Assembly: GCF_006345805.1 (NCBI RefSeq)
Contig: NC_043006.1
Span: 47,368,001 to 47,432,000, forward strand
DNA length: 64,000 nt
Direction of reading: 5' to 3'
From: Octopus sinensis
Lineage: Eukaryota
Made by a program: the position numbers and the translations under genes. The notes below the pieces were generated by a model. The model was not told the DNA's origin, did not search any database, and saw only the letters and a program-made list of their open reading frames with translations. Positions 53,628 through 64,000 of this stretch are shown piece after piece; the stretch's first letter is position 1; each line of letters opens with the position of its first letter.

Positions 53628-53890
53628 ACGGTCAGAGCAGCGGACTCGCGGTCGAAGGATCGCAGGATCGAATCTAAGACTGGGCGATGTGTGTGTTTAT
53701 GAGCCGTAACACCTAAGCTCCACCCGGCTCCTGCAGAAGGTAATGGCGAACTTCTGCTGACTCTTTAGCCAACAACCTTCTCTCACTCTTTCCTCCTGCA
53801 TCTAGCAGCTCACTTGCGACGGACCGCGTCCCATCGAGGAAACCGGGAAACCGGCCCTATGAGCCAGGCGTGGCTCGAGAAGGAACAACG
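53628..53890 (+). mobile_element. SINE family C
   Basis: gagcagcggactcgcggtcgaaggatcgc...gaaaccgggaaaccggccctatgagcc...ggctcgagaaggaac. Confidence 0.85.
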
Positions 53891-56800
53891 GTTGGCATGA
53901 ATGTGAGCCTGAAAAAAAAGAGTAGGATTAATTTCTTTGTCATGACAGAGATAAATTTTCTTTCATTACATTCAATGAAAAATTAAGAAGTGAAATACGA
54001 TGCAGTTATTGAACCAACCATTATAATTTATTTATATATTTCGATTCCCTTTCGTAACTATTTAACTTGATTAAAGATAGTAATAACCCAGGGAAAGATA
54101 TTAATGAAATAACACTCATACTTGTGAAAGACGTATTGAGAAATATCGGAAAAATTTTAAGCTGGAAGCTCCAACAACCGACCCTTATATATTTTCAGAG
54201 AATTACTAATATTAAAATGAAACTTTAATAAGATCTGCTGCAGCGAACTACATTGAATTCACCTCTCGTCATTCCTGCATTTTAGTTGATGCTTTATTCG
54301 AAAGGGAGTAAATTAAGATAACGGTTTAACGGCAAACAATGTAAAAGGTTCAAGTATTTTGTTTGGGAGATAAACTCCACTTCACTGGAAGTATCTTTTT
54401 CCATGGAAATTTCACAAGGTTCCTACTGGGAACTATACCACATACTATTTTCTTGACAGTCTAACATCCATATATTCACCATTGTTTGATACGACTCGAT
54501 TATTCGTAAGTATCTCTCTTTCCGCTTCTCTCTCAAGAATCTCGATACGTTAATCATTTTGTATCAGATGAAATTTTTTCTTTCATCCACAAGAGATTCT
54601 GCCTGAAATCGTAGACATCTCTTCTTTTATGACATAAAATGAGCTTCACTCCGGAGTCGTGGATATCACCCATTGCTCACCTTGTACATTAGAAATATTC
54701 TATTATTTTACTGTAGTCAAGTCGAATCACATCGTATACCTGCAGTAGTGACATTTGTTTCTTTCTAAAATTATTTTCATACCTCTCGGTTTTTATCATG
54801 AGGGTTTTAGAGCTGAGTATTAGTGTAAATTCCATTCGAGCTTTATTGAGCTTCGTCACCCGAGTGACACTGAACTCTTCCTTAACATATGGATATATTT
54901 GGTTCTCTAGGCACTAATCCAGTTTTAATGAAATTATTCTTTACTCGAGATATCTAATGATACATTATTTTTTTCTGGCCAAGGCAAGTAAAGCATTGAT
55001 TGGTTGTGAACCATTCGATTCAGTCATTGCTTTAACAAAAATATCGGCAATCGATTCTCAACTGTCAGCACTTAATTTGGTCCTCACTATAAAATAAAAC
55101 ATATACGTATCTTCCAATTTCATTAACATTTAGTACCTATTAACCGTAGTTATTCATTACTAATTGTTTACTCAACAAGCGTATAGATAGGTTCTTATTA
55201 ATTTATTACGTAATTATCGGTGACGTCATCTTCTAGTTACTGATTATACAGTGGTGTACCGATATATCCATTCTAAGAATTTCATTGTTGAAGTGATGTT
55301 TTCTCATCGTGTATATCGTAAGGAATATTGATTCATAATTTTAATTGTAAAACAACGATTATTGATCGACAATATAACAAAAGTTTATTTAATTTTGAGA
55401 TTAATAATGATGATAATAATATTAATGATGCGGATAATAATATTTAAGAAGAGAGATGATAAAAAAATGTTATCTCTACTCGAAGCAATTCAAATTTCTG
55501 TAATAACCTACTTGAAATATTGATTCCAATAGGATTTATAAGTCTTATTGTACTTGTTCTTTTTGTTGTTGATATCATCAATATTGTTAATTTTGATGTT
55601 GGTGTTGTTGCTGTTGAATTCTATTTTTCCTCTTCGTCATCGTAGTTGCCGCCGTTATCGGCGCTGTTATAATCATTAGCATCATCAGTAGCAGCTTTGT
55701 AATTATAGAAACATGTTAAAATTAATCTTTTAATGATAGTTTTTATTATCATCATTAATTTTGTGGATTGGCAAAATCACTAATGCGTCAGATACGTCTT
55801 CCATTATTTAATTATGATTCTGTGTTCTGATTTCAAATCTTACCAAGGTCAGTATATTGTTTCCTTCTGGCGGAGTGGATAAATAAAGTATCTTCCAAAT
55901 AATCTGGTCGATGGTATCAACAATCACTCTTTCGTTCAAATTGCTGCCCTTGTTCCAAAATTACAAGCAACTATTTGTGTTGCGGATTAGCAGATATGAT
56001 AGAGAATCAATCAAATGCTTTTCCGCAATTGAACAGTCTCTTTAGGATTTCCATCTAAATCGCACGTAAATCATCTTTGCTTTTCGCCCTTCTAGATTTC
56101 GAGAAACTAAAGAGCTGCGGACCTTGCTATCGATTAAATTCTCTCTAAAATTGAGGCCTTGTGCTTTAATGCTAGAATTAATTTAGGGCCTGGTTTGGCA
56201 GAACGGCCAGATTGTCAACATTTAGGAAGAATACTAAGGTATATTATCACCCAAAGAAATGTCTGTTGCTCTCAGAAAAAAGTGTTGGAGACAGCCTATT
56301 GCAATGAGAGACACGATGTATCATCTCTCATGTGGAACAGCGGATTAGGAGTTATATGCCTCTTATATAATCTTGAATGTGAATCAGAACTCAGATATTG
56401 TCCGTATACCACATGGCTACCTTCAGGATAGTGATACAATATACTGCTTGTAGAAGGTTAAAGATCTGTCTGTAAAAGTCAAAAGATCAGAGACATTGGA
56501 TCAGAAGTTGATTCTCGTCTCGCACACATTTGCAAAACAGCATGGGATCTAATGAGCGTGAGTTTGACACCCAGTTGTCTTTGCTTAAGTGTAATCTACA
56601 TAGATAACCAAATCTAATAGTCGTAGTGATATGAAGGCTATCCGGGTATAATATATAACATTGCGTGTGAAGAGAAGATGTAACAGACGGGTGGTGCTGG
56701 GTAAAGGATCCAATGACTATACCTATTGTAAAGAAGGGTATGTGACAGTGTTCTACGAAAATGAAGAATATAAGTAAAATAAAGAATGATTCTGATTATA

Positions 56801-58927
56801 TTATCTCTGTGTTTGTCTTGGGAACGTACATCACTGCTTCTCATCGGCTGGGGATTCCTCCATGTCTGTATTTCAAGGTATTAGGAGAACTACCCTTTAA
56901 AACAAGATTCTCGTCACAAGAAAAATACATTCTCCAACGTATTTTTAGAAGCCCCATTTATTTTTTTAAACTTTTGCCTACTTCTTCGAAAACTGTTGCT
57001 TTACCTGGAGTTCCCCATTATTATGGTTACGCAAGCAAAACATTAGTGGCTCTGTTTTTTGCTCTCCTTTATAGTATTTTGATTATTGCTATTTGATTTT
57101 GCTTTTAGGCTCATTATCTTTGTGTTTGTCACTCCGATTTCATCCTTGAAATGAGATGGCGCTGAGAAATGACAATTTTCAATGTTCAGTGTGATTGAGC
57201 TTAGAGAGATGAAAATTCGTAGCTTCGCGTAAGAAATGAAAGGAACGGCAAATAGTTTTGTTAGTATTCCTTCAGATAATGAGCATCTAGCATATATTTC
57301 TGTGGGTAGCAGATTATTGCTTGAAATACTCATTTTCTATGTTTATTTTTTGCTCAATTTTACATAGATTTTTAAAGCGTGTATTTTTTCAATACTCTGA
57401 TCCTCCTAATTTTTTTTACATAACTTCTTTGTCCTATAATACACTTTTTATAAACCCGTAATGACTCGTTTCGTTTCACATGATGTATTTTCGATTTATG
57501 ACATATTTCATTGCCTTTAACAGCTAAATAAAATAACGAATTTTTAAAGTAAACCTCACGTGAATATTAATGGCGCATTCAATCCCTTTGTAAACACACT
57601 CATTTGCAGAATCTAAATTCTACGGCAGAACCAGAGACAGCGAAAATCTTTCTTGTCATCATTATTGAAATTATTATTTAAAAAATATAAACACACTATT
57701 TAATATTTTAAAAGATGGAAGCTTTGCAATATATATCGCGTTAGCTCTTAAAGAATGTTTATCACATTATTAAAGAAGATATAACGCATTTAAATAACCC
57801 TAACAACATTGAGCATTTTAAAGAATTTTATCGTAGTTGCTGCCGAAAACAACGATACATAAAATTCGATGTTATTCGCGATTTAGATATCTGAGAATGA
57901 AAACTAAAATGTAGGTTCAGCTGCCTAACAACATATTATTTATGATCGTTCCTGCGCCATAACACAGCACCGTATGTATTTTGTGTATTTTCGCAATAAT
58001 ACACCTCTGAAGAAAATGATTAACTTGGACCCCCCCCCCCACAATAAAAAAATAGAGATATTGGTAAAGCTGAGAATTGTTATCAGCCGGCTAGGACTGA
58101 AATAAACGCGTTTTTGCGAAGCGCTCTTGGTTTTCTGGTGTCTATGGGTTTTTCAGAATGCATTTCTGGGAACAAGTTTTGTACACGTTGTTATGGTAGT
58201 ATATTGCATACTACGTTCTTTACAGGAGGTATAATGAGAAATTTTGGAGAATAACCACGATTCTCACTACACAGTCGGAGTAAATAAACGGTTACGACGT
58301 GGCAAATCATTAATGAAGTAAAAGAAATATGTCAATGTCTGATATAAGTTAAAGATTTATACACGAGGACAAAAACAACAAAATGAACACATCATATTCT
58401 GTATAGAAAATAACAAACCAGCAAACAGAGAAAGGAAAAGGCGACAGCCAGAGTATCAGTTGCACATGATCATCCGCACTCTCAGTAAGCCTTATCGACA
58501 AAAGTGCGCTATTACTATGATCTCTAGCTTCTACAATTACGAAAAACAACAACTACGTAATCTAGGAACGACAGTCAATAAATAAATTTTAGAAAACAAA
58601 ACAAGCAACAGATATTTTTTTTTCAGCAAAACAAATAATACAACTATTAGCCTATCGCGTGAAAACATGTGGGGAGAATATCATTGCTGTAATCGTTCAA
58701 ACTCAGTTTGTAGTCAGCACTAACAACAAAGGAACAGAAATACCAAAACAGCTTCAAGACTTACTAAAAATAAAGAGAAACCCCAACCAGAAAAAAAGTA
58801 ATGAACAATGAAAACTAAATTCTAAGAGGTAAAACATACACATACACACATACCACTACACACACGCTCACACATACAAACAGAAACACACGCACACACA
58901 CACACATACATACATACATATATATAT

Positions 58928-58969
<42 letters not shown>

Positions 58970-59077
58970 TATAAATATAAGAATGTATAGGTGTGCTTAT
59001 ATATGCAATTTATATATATACACACATATCACGCACACATATATATTTATATATACACAGACGTAGATACATACATT

Positions 59078-59138
<61 letters not shown>

Positions 59139-59499
59139 CAAACAGCAACATCAACCATATATACAACAAAATCCCCGCCGAAGCATTATTCCTACCAATT
59201 ACAGCAACAACAATGGGAATGAACAAACAAAACTGAACCAAATTGGGAAACAAATAATAATAAAAAAATACAGAAAGGCGACCAAACAAAGCACAATCCA
59301 AAGAAGAAAACAATAGGAAGGAAAACAAAGCGTTGCTATTAAGTCATTGATACATCTTCTGAAGCAAACAACACCATTATCTTCAATGAAGTGTGAACAA
59401 AAATAATAGATTCAATACAAGCTGAGAGGAAACCATTGAACAGGCATTGTATTTGTATGTTTGCCCGCTTCTCAGTACTGCGTCAGTGTGTTGGAAGCT

Positions 59500-59653
59500 G
59501 GCAGTAGAATGACAGTATGATGGAAGTAGTATGGCGGTAGGATAGCAGCAGGATGGCGGTTTTATGGTAGTAGTATGACAGTATGCTGGCAGTATCCAAG
59601 CAGTGTGCTGACAGTATGGTAGTAGTATGTTAGTGGTATGCTGGTAGTACACT
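59500..59653. repeat. 11-bp minisatellite, 14 in-phase units (consensus about GGCAGTATGAT)
   Basis: ggcagtagaat gacagtatgat ggaagtagtat ggcggtaggat ... ggtagtacact; 14 x 11 = 154 bp with no indels. Confidence 0.85.
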
Positions 59654-60504
59654 GAATGTATATGCGAACAGTTTGAGCTGATACCATATTAGTAGAATAT
59701 ATTCTAAACAGTGGATTATTCAAAGACATCAATCTAAAGTACATGATTATTCTGTAATTATAATGGACTCCAAACAAATCGACATCAGAGGTGTCATGGC
59801 GAATTTACTCGGTTTGAGTGATTGAGGAGTTTGTCTGAGAGCCAACTACTAGTGATGGAAAGGTCGTTTAATCTAAGTGAGGGCATTTACGTGATAAACG
59901 CACGTACGAACGTGCACATGCTTATACATGCATACATACATGCCTCCACACACACAGATCTACAGAAACACACGCACACATACACACACACATAGAAAGA
60001 GATATTAGTAGGTTTTATACAAAGTATTCAAATGTTCGAACGACAGAATTTCAGTGAATTCGAGTGTATATTGAGAAGTATTCTACAGATGCGTCTATCT
60101 TTAATTTATTCAAAAACAGAGTTTACACGGGATTCTACGTAGTTTCCACCGGGAAAACTTCAATTACATGTCGAAATTAGTTTATGGGGTTGACATTTGG
60201 CGTTACATACTATACATCGTAAAAAAAAACTTAGTAGTTGCGAGACGAGCATCCCAATAATTCAGGAACCCACAGGGCCCGACACCCACGATATTGTCTT
60301 TTACTAATTTAAGACTTTGGACAGTGGTCATATCAGAGTGCCAGCTTGAAGGGTTTTGTCGAGCAAACGGACGCCAGGATATTATTTTAATGTCTGTAAA
60401 TTTTCAATCGCCTCATATGCTCGCTAAGTTACGGTGATGTATAGAAGATTGTTGAGCATCGCGGGGGACTGTGATAAGCGCAAAGCCATACGCAGCCACA
60501 GATA

Positions 60505-60920
60505 TTATTTCTTTATTGCCCACAAAGGGCTAAACATAGAGGGGACAAACAAGGACAGACAAAGGGATTAAGTCGACCATATCGACCCCAATGCCTAACT
60601 GGTACTTATTTAATCGACCCCGAAAGGATGAAAGGCAAAGTCGACGTCGGCGGAATTTGAAATCAGAACGTAACGGCAGACGAAATACCTATTTCTTTAC
60701 TACCAACAAGGGGCTAGACACAAAGAGGACAAACAAGGACAGACAAACGGATTAAGTCGATTACATCGACTCCGGTGCGTAACTGGTACTTAATTTATCG
60801 ACCTCGAAAGGATGAAAGGCTAAGTCGACCTCGGCGGAATTTGAACTCAGAACCTAACGGCAGAAGAAATACCTCTAAGCATTTCGCCTGGCTTACTAAC
60901 GTTTCCACAAGTTCGCCGCC
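60505..60920 (-). mobile_element. SINE family A, dimer
   Basis: Reverse units with the gaaatacctatttctttac junction. Confidence 0.9.
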
Positions 60921-60924
60921 CTGA

Positions 60925-61080
60925 TATATGTCAGTTTCCATCTATTCAATTCCTTCACAAGAAAGGCTTCGGTCGGTCCAGGGTTTATAGTAGAAGACAC
61001 TTTTAAAGGTGCTGCGCAGTGGAACCGATCCTCAAATCATGTGATTGAAGAGTGAATTTCATAACCACACATCCATGCCT
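60925..61080 (-). mobile_element. SINE family B head fragment
   Basis: ggcttcggtcggtcc...tatagtagaagacac...gcgcagtggaacc...accacacatccatgcc. Confidence 0.7.
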
Positions 61081-61280
61081 GGATACAAACACTATTAACG
61101 AACGACTCACCTACGTGAAAAACAGATTAATCTTTCTTGACATTTTCAATTGCCAATACCATTGTATACTCTAAATCTCTTACTGCGTATTGGCTTTCTC
61201 TTTCTCATTTCTACAGTTATTTTGCCTTGATGCATACACATGCATTTTAGCGCAAATATGCGTGCACCCCTATATATATA

Positions 61281-61346
<66 letters not shown>

Positions 61347-61387
61347 CATATATACATATATATATATGTTTATATATATGTATGTAT

Positions 61388-61620
61388 ATATATGTATATA
61401 TATATATTGTTATATTTCGGAATGGTCATATTGCCAGTTTAGCCAATAAAAACACACGCACTATATATTTGGTGTTATTTTGCTTCAGTGTTATTTGTTT
61501 TTTACATTAATCTTAATCTCATTTCGGCCAGAGTTCTTTCGTCACACTCCTGTGACCGCATCAGTGGTCCTTTGTTTTCTTCTTTCTTATTCGTGTCTCT
61601 CCTTACTAACCATCAGCCAT
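61388..61620 (-). mobile_element. Penelope-like terminal-repeat fragment between TA tracts
   Basis: Contains the HHR-like motif at 61528-61567; no coding sequence seen. Confidence 0.45.
61528..61567 (-). ncRNA. Minimal type I hammerhead-like motif (A9C)
   Basis: cca CUGAUGC g gucac-aggagu-gugac GAA AGAACU C ugg. Confidence 0.55.
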
Positions 61621-61849
61621 TATATATATATGCATTATATCACAGACATACACAAATAAATCGGTAAGCTGTTACTAGTGTATGTGTCAGCGCTCTTTCG
61701 GCAATGGTAATACTGTCAAAATACTGATAAAGGTAATATATGACAAAAGTTGAGATACTTACAGAAGTTTAACACTGAGAGATACCTGCCAATTTACTAT
61801 AACAATGAAATGGAATGTTCAAAGGCCTGATTGTTTGTTTGTCTGAGTA

Positions 61850-62150
61850 GCAATATGGGATCAATGCATCTGTCATAATTATTGTATGACAAACTATATG
61901 TTCTTTCACAGCCCATGTCATATTAGTTGTATCTACTATCAAACATGCAAGCAGTAAGCTTGCAAATTTTGTACGTTATAGTGTTATTACTGCTGTGCAA
62001 TGAGCCATGATCGGAGCATTGAATGTTTACAATTGCGTGCAAATCATAATATATATTCAAATATTATATAACACCGTGACTCGGCTGCTTCTACGCACTA
62101 CAAACCATAGCAGCTGAAGCAGATGCTATATCAAGTTGCACTTAGTTACT
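61850..62150 (-). repeat. Unclassified dispersed repeat, copy 2 (partner of 8296-8590)
   Basis: Reverse complement aligns over about 300 bp with copy 1. Confidence 0.8.
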
Positions 62151-62679
62151 TATTAAAAAAATCTATATACAAAGAAATATATATAGTTGTGTGTATGTGT
62201 TCGTTTCTGGATGTATATAGATATATGCTTGCATGATTATTGAGTAATACACATATGTACATACATACACATGTATAAAAATGCATGCATATACACACAC
62301 AGAAACAAAGAAACATAGAAATATAGTATATATACCACATAGGTATATACGGACGTATGTATGTGTGTTTATGTGTGTGAAGGTCTCTGTGTATGTGATT
62401 TTGTATGATAGATTTAACGTGCTGTTATATACTAGATTTCGGTTAAACATAAGTATATACGAGATTATTTATTTCTCATATAAACTTGTATAATCTCATA
62501 CTCTAATTTGCAAATATATACGTCTTGCAGAGAGGAATATATAAATACGTTTCTATGATGCTGAAGTGTAAAAATAGATAAAAGTTTTATGACTGGACAC
62601 ATACCATATGGATGTATATATAATTGTATATGTGTAAAAGTACTTACGCTTGTAGTTATAATGCATACATGCCAGTATA

Positions 62680-62718
<39 letters not shown>

Positions 62719-62739
62719 GCACAGATATATTACATAAAT

Positions 62740-62773
<34 letters not shown>

Positions 62774-62774
62774 G

Positions 62775-62968
62775 TAGGTCCCGGGTTGATTCGGGGTTAA
62801 CCACAGTAAATAAGGTACTCAATACATAGCAGAGTAAAATTAATTTATTATATAGAAGGAGCTTCTACAGGACTAGAACTGTTTCATTCAAGAGAAATCT
62901 TCAGGAAGCTTCCTGAAGATTTCTCTTGAATGAAACAGTTCTAGTCCTGTAGAAGCTCCTTCTATATA

Positions 62969-62974
<6 letters not shown>
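62775..62974. mobile_element. Penelope-like terminal fragment ending in a perfect 132-bp palindrome (62843-62974)
   Basis: Arms 62843-62908 and 62909-62974 are exact reverse complements (checked base by base), centred on AAGCTT; flanked by (TA)n on both sides. Confidence 0.85.
62907..62957 (+). ncRNA. Near-canonical type I hammerhead ribozyme (mirror copy on the minus strand, 62860-62910)
   Basis: agcuuc CUGAAGA u uuc-ucuu-gaa u GAA ACAG-uucuaguc-CUGU A gaagcu: 6-bp stem I, intact core, 4-bp stem III, GUA site. The only deviation is U.U at 10.1/11.1. Confidence 0.7.
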
Positions 62975-63029
<55 letters not shown>

Positions 63030-64000
63030 CACACACAGACGCATATATATATGGGAAACATATATATATAAATGCATGCAAATGTACATATTTATAGATA
63101 TAGATATTGATTTTAATATAGTAATATACATATTTATATCTATAGGCATATGTAAGAATATGTGTGTGTGTGTGTTTGTGTGTGAACATCATATATGTGT
63201 ATATTTGCATCTCTGTGTGTTTGTCTGTGCGAGTGTGTATATGTACATGCATATGCATGCGTATATATGTATGCCTGTAAGTACATGTATTGAGTACACA
63301 TGTGCTGAAATGTTCAACACGGACGTATCTATGAGTAATGCAAACAGAAAATTATGCGTTAGGTATATTAAGACGCCAAAAACATCTGAAGTGTCGGTAG
63401 GATGAGCAAACACATATTGGAGATATAAATATAGAACAAATCCCAACGTATTTAAATCCAAATAAAATCTAAAAATTGTTTATTCTAGATTTTAATACCA
63501 GGTATTTTGTTTTCTTTACACTAACTCAATTATTTTTGGTTTTTAATTTTAGACACTTTTTAATCGGAGAACTCCAATTTTTGCTTTATTGACTTTATTT
63601 TATATTATTTGTTTTTTCTAGGAAAAAAAATATTTATTGAAACGCATATATTTTCTTGGTATAAATGTGTGTCTTTTTCATTTTCTCAAGTTTAGTTATG
63701 AGCATATGTTCATATTTATTTATTTAATCTCTTCCAATATTCCGAGCAACATTCGTAACGTTTCTCTTCTTATTTTTTTCACGTTTTGTTAAGATTATAG
63801 TTTGCTTTATGCAAGCAAATAATTTGATTAGCTATAATAGTATCAAGAAGACTAACAGAGTATTAGTGAGTTGGAAGTGGGAAACATATGATGGTATTTT
63901 AAAGAATAAAATAGGAAAAAAACATTAATAATGAGGATGATTATATTATTAAGATGACGATTTATCTCACTGGCAAAAGGCCAACTATTTGTTGAGGTAA

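Noticed and set aside
54460-54505. 46-nt AG...GTAAGT candidate exon (LTSIYSPLFDTTRLF)
   Set aside because: Too short to distinguish from chance in AT-rich DNA.

Overview
Eukaryotic, strongly AT-rich, microsatellite-saturated DNA. I could not support any host protein-coding gene, so it reads as intron or intergenic sequence. The SINE families and repeat landscape suggest Octopus or another coleoid cephalopod (inference from recognition, not a search). The window contains three recurrent tRNA-derived SINE families (labelled A, B, C here), decayed CR1/L2-type and R4/Dong-type LINE fragments, a Tc1 (DD34E) transposon, mariner derivatives and non-autonomous Helitron-like elements. The most interesting signal is a set of hammerhead-ribozyme (HHR)-like motifs of the kind carried by Penelope-like retroelements. 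Three unrelated families each form a long fold-back palindrome (8782-9082, 9334-9726, 62843-62974) with an HHR-like motif in both arms, always reading away from the centre. The last is a perfect 132-bp palindrome holding a near-canonical type I HHR on each strand. Most track ORFs are simple-repeat artefacts. Repeat boundaries are approximate (about +/-10-20 bp) unless termini are quoted.
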